Source of the DNA: Candidatus Poribacteria bacterium | Lineage (GTDB): Bacteria; Poribacteria; WGA-4E; WGA-3G | DNA length: 64,000 bases | NCBI GenBank assembly: GCA_965214095.1 | Contig: OZ243938.1 | Location: 1,088,001-1,152,000, forward strand | Direction of reading: 5' to 3' | Shown: one piece after another, positions 29,715 through 39,611 of the stretch | Layout: each line of letters starts with the position of its first letter | How positions within the stretch are numbered: position 1 is the stretch's first letter | Program-made: the position numbers and the translations under genes | Notes under the pieces: model-generated | The model's database searches: none | What the model was told of the DNA's origin: nothing | Seen by the model: the letters and a program-made list of their open reading frames with translations, nothing else

Positions 29715-29915
29715 TTTCAATTTATAGTAAACTTTAGATTTTATTTTTATTGCGTTGTAACAACAAATTCCTCCGAGGAAATCAAACATGGGGATCGTAA
29801 ATGTATTATAACTGGAACGAGTGATAATCAAAGGTGTACTGTAGGAAAGGAATTTTCAACGTCTGGCAAATACTCCACGTGTGAAACCGAAGACTGGGGT
29901 ATTAAATTTAATTAA
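29715..29915 (+). pseudogene. Start-less Cys-rich open frame (possible 3' remnant of a small secreted peptide gene)
   Basis: 66 open codons: ..YCVVTTNSSEEIKHGDRKCIITGTSDNQRCTVGKEFSTSGKYSTCETEDWGIKFN*; no in-frame ATG/GTG/TTG. Confidence 0.35.
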
Positions 29916-30130
29916 AACGGGATGATTAAGTTTTCATATAGCACACGTGAATTCAACATATATGTTTAGTCACGGTTATGTACCCGCGTTTTTGAGGATA
30001 ATTAATCTTGGGTTTCCAAGAAGATGCGGGTACTATCTATAACATGAGTTCGATGTAAGAAATACCTTTTGATAAATAGAGAACTTCTATAGATTTATTA
30101 AAGTGTCCCAATAATATCAAAGTTTACTAT
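29724..30130. mobile_element. Segment bounded by 12-bp inverted repeats of the TATAGT MITE family
   Basis: ATAGTAAACTTT 29724-29735 and AAAGTTTACTAT 30119-30130; the right end matches the family sub-terminal pattern (ATTAT-tggg-ACA). Confidence 0.5.
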
Positions 30131-30170
30131 TACGATCACACTCATATTTTTAATTTATACTAAGAGATTT

Positions 30171-31259
30171 ATGAAGTTTCAAACCTACATTTTATTCTTA
30201 GTCTTATTATCGTTGTTTAGCATCAGATTAGGAGAGACAGAAATGGAATCAAAAACATTGATCAAACTGTTAAACTATTCCAATACTCTTGTCCAAAATG
30301 GAGAGATTAGATTTGTCAACTATTCACATTTTCCGACACATCCAGATGATATCGGGAAAGAACACGGTAAATTAATAGCAAACTGGGAGAGACAGTTGAG
30401 GGAGAACCCTCCAAAAAGTAAAAATCCAACGGCACTCCGGAAGACGATTTTAGGATACCTTGAAGAGGAAAAAAAGTATGGCGAGTTTCGCGAGACAAAA
30501 GAGTTTTTTACTTTTTTGGAAGGAAACCTCATATTTCAGAAACATCCTCAATTTACTTACCGAATGGAGGTTATTTCTCGATTCGAAAACTATCCATCTC
30601 TCGGTTCAATGCGCTTCTTTAATGGAGTAGGTCTATACTGTGTATTTTCAAATTCAAATGGGACTGATAGTTTTCTGTGGAGTCCGCCAAATCAATTTGC
30701 AATAGATAGACGAGTAAGTCGTTTTGAAGAATATGAAGAAGAAACCATCCATGTTCAGGTGTCAGATGCGAGCGAGATACTGCCTGATTTCTTAATTGAT
30801 GAGTCAAAATCTGAGATTCGCACATTAGAAAAAAATACTACTTCACACGACTATATCATTACATACTATTTTAATGAAGAAAATAGGCTTATTTTATACG
30901 TTAGGATTAAATCGGGTTTGCCAGAGATATACCGTCTAGAACATTACTATAAGGGAGAATCACCACAGTCGGATGCAGACGGGTTTTGGCTGGGGAGAGT
31001 AAGAATGTACCGTGATTTTGAGTGGGTTGAAACATTAAACATCTCTGTCCCCAAAGTACGTGAGGAGCATCAATTTCGTCGAGATGATGGATTTTTGCGA
31101 TATCATCGCATTATGATAATACAAGAGATGGATTTTAATCTTGATCTTCCACCTAACTTTTTTGATTGTGAAAAAACTGAACTCACGGATGACAATGATA
31201 AACACGAGGAAAATAGAAATGGTGTAAAAAAAGAAGAACCTCAGGAAACTCAGAAGTAA
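30171..31259 (+). CDS. Secreted hypothetical protein, possibly LolA-like/lipoprotein-sorting fold
   Basis: N-terminal hydrophobic signal; beta-rich C-terminal half ending YRDFEWV..VPKV..IQEMDFNLDLPPNFF. Confidence 0.6.
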   Translation: MKFQTYILFLVLLSLFSIRLGETEMESKTLIKLLNYSNTLVQNGEIRFVNYSHFPTHPDDIGKEHGKLIANWERQLRENPPKSKNPTALRKTILGYLEEEKKYGEFRETKEFFTFLEGNLIFQKHPQFTYRMEVISRFENYPSLGSMRFFNGVGLYCVFSNSNGTDSFLWSPPNQFAIDRRVSRFEEYEEETIHVQVSDASEILPDFLIDESKSEIRTLEKNTTSHDYIITYYFNEENRLILYVRIKSGLPEIYRLEHYYKGESPQSDADGFWLGRVRMYRDFEWVETLNISVPKVREEHQFRRDDGFLRYHRIMIIQEMDFNLDLPPNFFDCEKTELTDDNDKHEENRNGVKKEEPQETQK

Positions 31260-31324
31260 ATTAACAGATGAAACATTTCTACACTCTGTAGTGTCTTTAC
31301 CGTAATTTGGATAGGAGTCCATAA

Positions 31325-32347
31325 ATGCATTACTATTCTATATTTTTAATATTTCTTGCACTATACAGTAGCATTTCGTTGTTGCAAGGATGCACTTCTC
31401 ATCACGATCCTAAAGTCGTTTTTCCGAAACGGGAACATCAATTTCCAGAACCTTTCATTGTCGGTTCAGAGATCGTCACTACCTTTACTTTTACCAACGA
31501 AGGAAACGCGCCATTGCACATTCAAAAGATTGATTCAGATTGTGGATGTGTCGCGACGAATACCTCTGCGGATAAGATTTCTCCGGGCGATAAAGGTAAA
31601 ATTCGGGTAGCAGTTGAGCGGGATGTAGGTGGGTTCAGTCAAAACGTGTTTGTCTTCACGGATGATCCTGCAACACCGATAGTTCGGTTAAAAGTTTCTG
31701 GGATTATTCTGCTGCCTGTAGCATATCCGAAGAAAATTGCATTAGGGCAACTTGAAAAAGGAGCGTCAGTCTCTAAAAAGGTTACACTTACAAATAACTT
31801 GGAGAACGCAGTTGAGATAGTCAAACACACGGTGAGTAATAAAAGCATCGCTATCACGCTACGTAAAAAAAGTATCCCCGCAGGCGAGAGTATAGAATGT
31901 GAAGCAGTCTTAACGATGAATGATGTCGGTTTGTATAGTGAGTCACTAACGATTGCCGCACAAGCACAAGAGATATTCCCTGGGACAGATTCAAAGGAAT
32001 TGGAAATTTCAGTTCAATTTCAGGGGCGCGTGTTAGGTGGGATTGTGGCGTTACCACAGAACCTGTTTCTGGGTGTGCTGGATGACTTTGGCAAAAGTGT
32101 CCAGAAGAGGGTTCAAATCAGGACAGATGGCAGCCGCCCCTTTATCTTGAAAAAGGTATCCGCTGATAACTTTTCGCTAACTGCATCCCTTGCAACGGAA
32201 CCTCAAATAGCACATGAGGTGGAACTTTCAATTACACCGAAGACTGGCGGTAAATCATCTGGACTTGTTGAGGGAGAGATTAAGATATTTACAACCCATC
32301 CGGATGTTCCGGAGATTACCATTCCCGTTAAGGCAGTAAACCCATGA
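31325..32347 (+). CDS. DUF1573-domain lipoprotein (tandem Ig-like domains)
   Basis: Lipobox LQGC; FTFTNEGNAPLHI..SDCGCV..ISPGDKGKI; VFTDDP; AGGAG RBS. Confidence 0.8.
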   Translation: MHYYSIFLIFLALYSSISLLQGCTSHHDPKVVFPKREHQFPEPFIVGSEIVTTFTFTNEGNAPLHIQKIDSDCGCVATNTSADKISPGDKGKIRVAVERDVGGFSQNVFVFTDDPATPIVRLKVSGIILLPVAYPKKIALGQLEKGASVSKKVTLTNNLENAVEIVKHTVSNKSIAITLRKKSIPAGESIECEAVLTMNDVGLYSESLTIAAQAQEIFPGTDSKELEISVQFQGRVLGGIVALPQNLFLGVLDDFGKSVQKRVQIRTDGSRPFILKKVSADNFSLTASLATEPQIAHEVELSITPKTGGKSSGLVEGEIKIFTTHPDVPEITIPVKAVNP

Positions 32348-33141
32348 AGAATATATCAGTGACATTATTTATGATGTTTAGCATTATCATGGCTTGTGAA
32401 CTCCCTGGGCCACAGCAAGATGAATCGAACAAGGAGCAACAGATGACGCAACCTGAGATGATAAAGATTGAAGGCGGAACCGTCCACCCTTTCAGCACTG
32501 GAGAATCAGTAACCGTTTCGGCCTTCTATATCGATAAGCATTTGATAACTTATGAACAATATAACAAGTTCATTGAGGATGGCGGGTATAAAAAGAAAAA
32601 ATATTGGTCAGAGGAGGGACGAAAATTCCTTGAAAAATATGAGTTCTGGGTGCCATCTACGTACCATGAGAAATATCTAAATCGTAAAAAATTACCTGTG
32701 ACTGGAGTGAGTTGGTATGAAGCAGAGGCTTACGCAAATTGGCGTGGGGCACGGTTACCAACTGCTGCGGAATGGACGCTCGCTTGCCAAGGTGATACAA
32801 AACAACGTTACCCTTGGGGAGACGAATTCGATTTTGAAGCAGTTGAGTATCGCACACGTTTAGTACCTTATGCAGTAGGAACTCGAGAAAAAAACGTTAG
32901 TCCTGTCGGTGTTTACGATCTTGTCGGAAATGTGTGGCAGTGGTGTGCGGATGCTTATGAGGGTAAGGATTTCCGATTGGAGGTAGAACCGACCGGCACC
33001 AAACCGGGACCGCTCAGAATCCTTCGTGGTGGTGCATGGATGTCCCTACGGAGACATTTTGAATCCGATTATCTATATTACGATAAACCTTTTCACCGCC
33101 TTGCAACTTATGGGTTTCGTTGTGCAAAGGACATGGAATAG
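32344..33141 (+). CDS. FGE-sulfatase (SUMF1/EgtB/PvdO-like) domain lipoprotein, lacking the FGE catalytic cysteines
   Basis: Lipobox IMAC; PVTGVSWYEA, RLPTAAEW, YPWG, GVYDLVGNVWQW, RGGAW, GFRCA; ATGA overlap with the upstream gene. Confidence 0.88.
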   Translation: MKNISVTLFMMFSIIMACELPGPQQDESNKEQQMTQPEMIKIEGGTVHPFSTGESVTVSAFYIDKHLITYEQYNKFIEDGGYKKKKYWSEEGRKFLEKYEFWVPSTYHEKYLNRKKLPVTGVSWYEAEAYANWRGARLPTAAEWTLACQGDTKQRYPWGDEFDFEAVEYRTRLVPYAVGTREKNVSPVGVYDLVGNVWQWCADAYEGKDFRLEVEPTGTKPGPLRILRGGAWMSLRRHFESDYLYYDKPFHRLATYGFRCAKDME

Positions 33142-33149
33142 GTCTTGAT

Positions 33150-33533
33150 ATGCGAACTACCCTCCTTCAGTGGTGCCGCACAGGTAGTTATCTTTCAGGC
33201 ACTGTCTTTTTTCTTTGGATTGGGGCTCGGGTACAGAAACATCTTGTTTTTCTTGAAGATAGTCTTGATAACAACGTGCTGTTGGTTCTACGGGAGTCAC
33301 CATATCTGTCCTTCACTTTCCCGCTCTGGAGTGTGAATGTGATTGCTGGTGTGCTTCTGTTTTGCACGCTGTTTCTGATAATGCCAGTTATCAGCGTGTT
33401 GTGGCAACGGTTGTTTCATTTCGCTATTTTTTGCATCTTACTATTTATCTGTGTGTTGCCCCTGCATTTACACTTTGATAATGCCCGATTTAACTACGAG
33501 AATCTTCTTTTTCTTTCATATACTCTAATATGA
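33150..33533 (+). CDS. Small membrane protein (about 3 TM), hypothetical
   Basis: ATG 33150 just after the FGE stop; three hydrophobic segments. Confidence 0.55.
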   Translation: MRTTLLQWCRTGSYLSGTVFFLWIGARVQKHLVFLEDSLDNNVLLVLRESPYLSFTFPLWSVNVIAGVLLFCTLFLIMPVISVLWQRLFHFAIFCILLFICVLPLHLHFDNARFNYENLLFLSYTLI

Positions 33534-33541
33534 ATTTCGGA

Positions 33542-33569
33542 ATTGTCAAAAACAGGCAAAAATGACAAT
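33542..33569. promoter_or_regulatory. Third ATTGTCA-N14-TGACAAT palindrome, directly upstream of fic
   Basis: 33543-33570 matches 29658-29685 at 27 of 28 nt. Confidence 0.7.
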
Positions 33570-33589
33570 ATCTTACTACTGGTTATCAA

Positions 33590-34723
33590 ATGTTGATGAA
33601 TAAATATACGGCTGGAAATTACAGAAAACAACAAGAATATAAGAGTTTCACACCCTCATTTATTAATCGTCAAGTTGCATGGGTAAATCCAGAGATAGAT
33701 GTATTAATAGAACACGGGGCAAAACTATTAGGTGAGTTAAACGCCTATACAACAATTCGTCAAGATGTAGATTTGTTCATTCCAATGAACATTGCAAAAG
33801 AAGCAACTTACTCCAATCAAATTGAGGGAACTAAAACTGAACTTGATGAAACTTTATTACAAGTTGCGGAGATTAATCCTGAACGACGTGACGATTGGCA
33901 AGAAGTCCAAAATTACATTGATGCAATGAACTATGCAATTTCCAAATTACCCAAATTACCATTGTCAATACGACTTTTAAAGAAAGTACATAAGATATTG
34001 ATGTCAGGTGTGCGTGGTAAATATAAAGCACCAGGAGAAATTCGGAGAAGTCAAAATTGGATCGGTGGATCTTCGCTCTCTGATGCAATTTTTGTTCCAC
34101 CTTCACCTGAAGAAGTTCCAGACCTTTTAAGCGATTTGGAGAAATTCTGGCATAACAGATCATTGCAACTGCCTGATCTCATTAAAATAGCAATTAGTCA
34201 TTATCAATTTGAAACTATTCACCCTTTTTTGGATGGAAATGGTAGATGTGGAAGGTTATTGATTGTGTTGCAGCTTATTGATGCAAACATCTTGAGTAAA
34301 CCTAACATTTATATGTCAACATTTTTTGAGAAACATAGAAGTACATATTATAATTCTCTAACTAAAGTTCGGACAGACTGTGACTTGGAACAGTGGATTA
34401 TCTTTTTCTTAAATGTATTGGTAGAGAGTGCACAAGATGGGATAGAGACCTACAAATCTATTATCATCCTCCGTGAGGAATATGAGAAAAAGATTTTAAC
34501 TCTTGGTGCTCGTGCGAAAAATGCACAAAAATTACTTCAACAGATGTATATGACTCCAATACTAAGTGTGAGGTCAGTCGAAAAAGTCTTAGAAATAAGT
34601 TTTTCAAGTGCGAATCGACTGCTTAAATCTCTGGCAGAAATGGGGATACTCACTCAAATCAGAGGACATTCTCAAGGTCGTCTGTTTGTTCTTGAAAAGT
34701 ATCTTGACCTGTTTAGAAGTTAG
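33590..34723 (+). CDS. Fic family protein (class II, N-terminal inhibitory helix, C-terminal HTH)
   Basis: Fic motif HPFLDGNGRCGR; SNQIEG inhibitory motif; PGEIRRSQNWIGG. Confidence 0.93.
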   Translation: MLMNKYTAGNYRKQQEYKSFTPSFINRQVAWVNPEIDVLIEHGAKLLGELNAYTTIRQDVDLFIPMNIAKEATYSNQIEGTKTELDETLLQVAEINPERRDDWQEVQNYIDAMNYAISKLPKLPLSIRLLKKVHKILMSGVRGKYKAPGEIRRSQNWIGGSSLSDAIFVPPSPEEVPDLLSDLEKFWHNRSLQLPDLIKIAISHYQFETIHPFLDGNGRCGRLLIVLQLIDANILSKPNIYMSTFFEKHRSTYYNSLTKVRTDCDLEQWIIFFLNVLVESAQDGIETYKSIIILREEYEKKILTLGARAKNAQKLLQQMYMTPILSVRSVEKVLEISFSSANRLLKSLAEMGILTQIRGHSQGRLFVLEKYLDLFRS

Positions 34724-34895
34724 CGAATTGCATCAATTTAATGTGAATTATCGTTGCAGGAAAATGTGATCGTGTTACTTTTCATGAAGAGACTACAGTG
34801 TCATTATCTCTTGCTCTGGATGTTCCCAGGGGTACTTAGTTTTAGGTGTTTTCCAGTAGATTAGTTTTACTAAGAGTTAGGTTTGGATAGTAGTT

Positions 34896-34975
34896 ATGCA
34901 TAGTAGTAGGCACACTCCGTGTGCCGTACCCTGTTCACATTGGACGGCACACGGAGTGTGCCTACTACTATGCAT
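34896..34975. repeat. Perfect REPIN: 32-bp inverted repeat with 16-bp spacer
   Basis: ATGCATAGTAGTAGGCACACTCCGTGTGCCGT at 34896-34927 and its exact reverse complement at 34944-34975. Outer 12-bp IR TTAGTTTTAGGT 34836 / ACCTAAAACTAA 35013-35024. Confidence 0.92.
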
Positions 34976-35088
34976 TGCTTTACACTGATATGTGAAAAAA
35001 TGTGTCAGAATTACCTAAAACTAATTAGCCCTGTGATGTCCCTCTTTTCCTTGCCATATCACACCAACCATGCTAAAATACACATAGC

Positions 35089-36471
35089 ATGAATGACCAG
35101 AAATCACCCCAACATCATAGAGAGCTCTGTTCGCTATTAGGAACACGTTTTAGTACAGATAGTGATGTCAGGGAAGCGCACGCAAGTGATGCGTCATATC
35201 ATCACGGTTCGCTTCCCGAGGCAGTTACCTTTCCACAAACGAATACGGAAGTCTCCGAAATAGTCAAAATCTGTAGTAAATACAACATGCCGATTATACC
35301 TTATGGAACTGGGACAGGTGTGGAAGGGGCAGTGGTTACAAATGATGACACAGTATGCATATCACTAAAAGAAATGAACCGTATTATTAGAGTGAATAAA
35401 GCGGATAGAGATGCAACTGTACAATCAGGTGTAACTCGTGGTCAATTGAACGACCATCTTACTAATCTTGGAACAAAACTCCATTTTCCAGTTGACCCGG
35501 GTGCAGATGCATCAATAGGTGGCATGGTTGCGACACGTGCATCTGGTACAAGTGCTGTCCAATATGGAACTATGTTGGAAAACACGCTTGGATTGACCGT
35601 GATTACCGCGGATGGAACAGTCATTCATACAGGTGGGAGAGCCCGTAAATCCGCTGCAGGATACGATCTTACCCGTTTATTCATCGGTTCTGAAGGGACA
35701 TTAGGTATTATTACGGAGATAACTGTCAAATTAGCACTGTTACCGGAAGCAGTTGCAGCCGCTGTTTGTGCATTTCCAACTGTAGATGCCGCGGTCAACA
35801 CCGTCTTCAAAGTAATGGATGCGGGTATTAGTATCGCTCGTATTGAACTCTTGGATGAACTTCAGATGGATGCAGTCAATAAGTATTCAAATTTGGATTA
35901 TGAGGTTGCACCAACACTGTTCTTTGAATTTCACGGATCTGAGAATACCGTAGCAGAAAGTTCCAAGATAGCAGGAGAGATTGCTTTAAAACATGGTAGT
36001 TCTGATTTTCGTTGGGCAACAGATGAAAATGAAAGGAAAAAACTTTGGAAAGCACGTTATAATTGTTACTATGCCGCACTCAATCTGCGTCCTGGTTCTG
36101 TTGGATATGTCACTGATGTATGTGTGCCAATCTCTCATCTCACTGAGTGTATTGTCAGAACAAAAACACTCCTTTCCAACACATATCTGCTGGCGATAAT
36201 GCTGGGTCACGTTGGTGATGGGAACTTTCATGTCGTTTTTCCACTTGAACCTGGTAACAAAGAAGAATTGGAAGATGCACGGAAAATAAGCGAACAGATT
36301 GTAGACATAGCATTAGAGATGGAGGGAACAAGCACCGGTGAACACGGTATCGGTATTGGCAAACGTGGAGCTTTAGTCAAGGAACATGGTGATGCAGTTG
36401 AGGTAATGCGTGCTATCAAACATGCCTTGGATCCACAAAATATAATGAATCCCGGAAAAGTGTTCGTCTGA
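35089..36471 (+). CDS. FAD-linked oxidase, D-lactate dehydrogenase (cytochrome)/GlcD family
   Basis: PYGTGTGVEG, FPVDPGADASIGGM, KSAAGYDLTRLFIGSEGTLG, GHVGDGNFH, GEHGIG, NPGK. Confidence 0.92.
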   Translation: MNDQKSPQHHRELCSLLGTRFSTDSDVREAHASDASYHHGSLPEAVTFPQTNTEVSEIVKICSKYNMPIIPYGTGTGVEGAVVTNDDTVCISLKEMNRIIRVNKADRDATVQSGVTRGQLNDHLTNLGTKLHFPVDPGADASIGGMVATRASGTSAVQYGTMLENTLGLTVITADGTVIHTGGRARKSAAGYDLTRLFIGSEGTLGIITEITVKLALLPEAVAAAVCAFPTVDAAVNTVFKVMDAGISIARIELLDELQMDAVNKYSNLDYEVAPTLFFEFHGSENTVAESSKIAGEIALKHGSSDFRWATDENERKKLWKARYNCYYAALNLRPGSVGYVTDVCVPISHLTECIVRTKTLLSNTYLLAIMLGHVGDGNFHVVFPLEPGNKEELEDARKISEQIVDIALEMEGTSTGEHGIGIGKRGALVKEHGDAVEVMRAIKHALDPQNIMNPGKVFV

Positions 36472-36517
36472 TGTAGGATAGATAATGATTTCTAATCGTT
36501 GTTTCATATAATAGAAT

Positions 36518-37528
36518 ATGCAAAGAAATTTTAAGGTGCTCATTACAGATTACGCGTGGTCGTCCATTAAACCTGAGCGACAAATCCTTGCTGAAATCGG
36601 AACAGAACTCATCGTAGCGGAAACTGGCGATGAAGAAGAACTCCTCACTTATGCACATAAGGTTGATGGTATTCTCACATGTTGGAAACCTGTTAGGGAA
36701 CGCGTCATTGCTGAGGCAAGAAAGTGCAAAATCATAGCACGATACGGAATCGGGTTGGATAATATTGATGTTGAATCGGCTACAGAGAACGGTATTATCG
36801 TAACGAATGTACCCGCTTATTGTGTTGATGAAGTCTCTGACCATGCAATTGCCCTACTTCTTGCTTGTGCCAGAAACATACCAATATACAATACTGCTGT
36901 AAAAAATGGCATTTGGGATCAAAATATAGGTCATCAGATGTATCGTTTGCGCGGAAAAACAGTAGGTGTCATAGGATTTGGACGTATAACAAAAGCGTTA
37001 ATACCGAAAGCACTTGCATTAGGACTGAAGGTTAATGTCTATTCTCCGCGGACATCTGCCGAAATTATCAAAGAATACAAAGCAGATAAAGTTACGTTTG
37101 ATGAACTTCTCAAAACATCTGATTTTGTCTCAATACATGCTCCGTTAACTGCAGAAACACAACACATGTTTAGTTACGACGAGTTTCGTGCTATGAAAAA
37201 CACAGCGTTTCTAATCAATGCAGCACGAGGTGGCATTGTCCATTCATCCGCACTCACCGAAGCACTCAAAAATGGTGAAATTGCTGGTGCGGGGTTGGAT
37301 GTTTTGGAAACAGAACCACCAGATTTAGGTGAATCGCTTCTGCAACTTGATAATGTCATAATCACACCGCATGCTGCTTTCATATCAGAAGAATCAATTC
37401 ATGAATTAGAAATTACAGCTGCAACATGTGTGCTACAAGTGTTAACTGGAAAACTACCAGATACAATTGTAAACCCTTCTGTATTAGAACGTCCAAATCT
37501 ACGTGCGAAATCATTAATGAAGAAGTAA
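36518..37528 (+). CDS. D-isomer-specific 2-hydroxyacid dehydrogenase (CtBP-like)
   Basis: RYGIGLDNID, NVPAYCVDEVSDHA, GVIGFGRI, INAARG, GLDVLE.EP, TPHAA. Confidence 0.9.
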   Translation: MQRNFKVLITDYAWSSIKPERQILAEIGTELIVAETGDEEELLTYAHKVDGILTCWKPVRERVIAEARKCKIIARYGIGLDNIDVESATENGIIVTNVPAYCVDEVSDHAIALLLACARNIPIYNTAVKNGIWDQNIGHQMYRLRGKTVGVIGFGRITKALIPKALALGLKVNVYSPRTSAEIIKEYKADKVTFDELLKTSDFVSIHAPLTAETQHMFSYDEFRAMKNTAFLINAARGGIVHSSALTEALKNGEIAGAGLDVLETEPPDLGESLLQLDNVIITPHAAFISEESIHELEITAATCVLQVLTGKLPDTIVNPSVLERPNLRAKSLMKK

Positions 37529-37575
37529 CATTTTCACAGACATAAGATTACCAAGATAGTGAATGGAGAATATAC

Positions 37576-38769
37576 ATGCAACAACTTCCTGATGCATCAG
37601 GACATTTCGGACAGTTCGGTGGAAGATATGTCCCTGAAACCCTTATGCCAGCATTGTTAGAACTTGAAGAGGCTTATATAACTCTCAAAGATAACGCAGA
37701 TTTTCAAAAAGAATTTCAGTATTATCTGAGCGAATATGTAGGTCGTCCGAATCCGCTATATTATGCAGAACGCTTAACACAATCACTCGGTGGGGCAAAG
37801 ATTTATCTGAAAAGGGAAGACCTGAATCATACAGGTGCACACAAAATCAATAGTGCAATCGGACAAATCTTGCTGGCAAGATGGATGGGGAAAAAACGGA
37901 TTATTGCAGAAACAGGTGCCGGACAGCACGGTGTCGCTACTGCAACTGTTGCTGCAAAGTTTGATATGGAATGTGAAGTCTATATGGGTGAAGAAGACAT
38001 AGAACGTCAAGCACTCAATGTATTTCGCATGCAGTTGATGGGAACGAAGGTTGTTCCTGTGAATTCTGGTTCACGCACATTAAAAGATGCGATCAATGCA
38101 TGTTTCAGAGATTGGGTTACCAATGTTCGTACTACATACATGCTATTAGGTTCAGTTGTTGGAGCACATCCTTATCCGATGATTGTCAGAGACTTTCAAG
38201 CAGTTATTGGACAGGAAGCGAGAAGTCAGATTTTGGAACAGGAAGAGCAATTACCAGACTGTGTTGTCGCCTGTGTTGGTGGCGGCAGCAATTCTCTCGG
38301 AATGTTCTATCCATTCTACCATGATGAATCGGTTCGTTTAATCGGTGTTGAAGCAGCTGGTGAAAGTATTCGTAGCGGACGACATGCTGCACCTCTAACT
38401 TCAGGCAGTGTCGGTGTATTTCACGGAGCCAAATGTTACTTGTTGCAGGAAGATGATGGACAGATAACCCCTGCACACTCAATCTCTGCCGGGTTAGATT
38501 ATCCGGGTGTAGGACCAGAACACAGTTATTATCGTGAAATAGGTAGAGCGGAATATGTTCCAATTACGGATAAGGAAGCAGTGGAAGGTTTCCAATTGCT
38601 TTCTGAAACCGAAGGTATTATCCCCGCGTTAGAATCGGCACATGCCATCGCATATCTCCGAGAACTTGCACCTCAACTTGGAAAAGAAAAGACTATTGTG
38701 GTGTGTCTATCTGGACGTGGTGATAAAGATGTGTATACTATTGCGAAGGAATTGGGTATTACACTATAG
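37576..38769 (+). CDS. trpB: Tryptophan synthase beta chain (TrpB1)
   Basis: [75 protein letters not shown]. Confidence 0.97.
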   Translation: MQQLPDASGHFGQFGGRYVPETLMPALLELEEAYITLKDNADFQKEFQYYLSEYVGRPNPLYYAERLTQSLGGAKIYLKREDLNHTGAHKINSAIGQILLARWMGKKRIIAETGAGQHGVATATVAAKFDMECEVYMGEEDIERQALNVFRMQLMGTKVVPVNSGSRTLKDAINACFRDWVTNVRTTYMLLGSVVGAHPYPMIVRDFQAVIGQEARSQILEQEEQLPDCVVACVGGGSNSLGMFYPFYHDESVRLIGVEAAGESIRSGRHAAPLTSGSVGVFHGAKCYLLQEDDGQITPAHSISAGLDYPGVGPEHSYYREIGRAEYVPITDKEAVEGFQLLSETEGIIPALESAHAIAYLRELAPQLGKEKTIVVCLSGRGDKDVYTIAKELGITL

Positions 38770-38861
38770 CAATTATCAATACATACTGAATTTACGTTCA
38801 TTTGATCTTGCAATCAATTTAGGTTAGTCCGATTCTACTTCGTTTGCTATAGACTTGACAC

Positions 38862-38890
38862 TTGCAACGGTTCAATGCTACTGCTATAAT
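38862..38890 (+). promoter_or_regulatory. Sigma70-type promoter of the HEAT-repeat gene
   Basis: TTGCAA 38862-38867, 17 bp, TATAAT 38885-38890 with an extended TG. Confidence 0.65.
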
Positions 38891-38919
38891 ACCAACAATT
38901 CACCTGCTATAGAGGTAAT

Positions 38920-39558
38920 ATGATGGTACGTGAAGTTTCAAACACAGTTTCGGATAATTCTATTCAACATAAGGTCCGCAGAATGGTCCACTTGTTAGTA
39001 CACAAAGACGGACCACTCCGAAATTGGCGTTTCTTTCCAACAAAGTTGTTACTTCGAAAACTGGGGTCAGACTCCGCTGAGATTCGTGCCTATGCTGCGG
39101 AAGGTTTGGGAAATGTTGGGGATGTGTTTGCTGTTGTTCCGCTTATAGAAGCATTGTCTGATGACAATGCAACCGTCAGGCGTTTTGCAATATCTGCCCT
39201 CGGACATCTACGCGATGCGCGTGCTATTGAAGAGCTTATCACTTTCCTAAATGATGAAGAACCTGATATGAGATGTGCTGCAGTCGTTGCACTCGGTGAA
39301 TTAGGTCTCACCGAAGAACGTGCTGCGAACCCTCCAATACAGGTAATAGAAGCATTGATAAGCAGTGTCACTGATTCTGATCGAGCGGTATGTTCCGCTG
39401 CTGTGGTTGCTTTAGGACGTATAGGGAATCCACAAGCGATTTCTGCCCTCAATACTTTGGCTGAAAATACAGAAAGCGAATGGATTCGTCGTTATATCAG
39501 TGAAGCATTACATCAAATAAATGATGCCAGTATTGGAACTCCTTCTGAGGATAAATGA
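38920..39558 (+). CDS. HEAT-repeat (PBS lyase-like) protein
   Basis: Repeats R..AA.ALG..GD..A...LI..L.D; GAGG RBS. Confidence 0.88.
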   Translation: MMVREVSNTVSDNSIQHKVRRMVHLLVHKDGPLRNWRFFPTKLLLRKLGSDSAEIRAYAAEGLGNVGDVFAVVPLIEALSDDNATVRRFAISALGHLRDARAIEELITFLNDEEPDMRCAAVVALGELGLTEERAANPPIQVIEALISSVTDSDRAVCSAAVVALGRIGNPQAISALNTLAENTESEWIRRYISEALHQINDASIGTPSEDK

Positions 39559-39559
39559 A

Positions 39560-39588
39560 AAATAGGGTGACAGTTTGCCACCCTATTT
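39560..39588. terminator. Bidirectional intrinsic terminator between convergent genes
   Basis: AAATAGGGTG-acagtttgc-CACCCTATTT with A/T tracts on both sides. Confidence 0.75.
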
Positions 39589-39611
39589 CTATTTCAACAT
39601 AACCTGTAGAA

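Noticed and set aside
32344-33141. FGE/C-type-lectin-fold gene as a diversity-generating retroelement target
   Set aside because: No template repeat of the RGGAW..GFRCA region and no reverse transcriptase seen in the window; a remote DGR cannot be excluded.
37576-38769. trpB without trpA as a stand-alone TrpB2
   Set aside because: The sequence has TrpB1-type length and motifs; scattered trp genes are common, so trpA is probably elsewhere.
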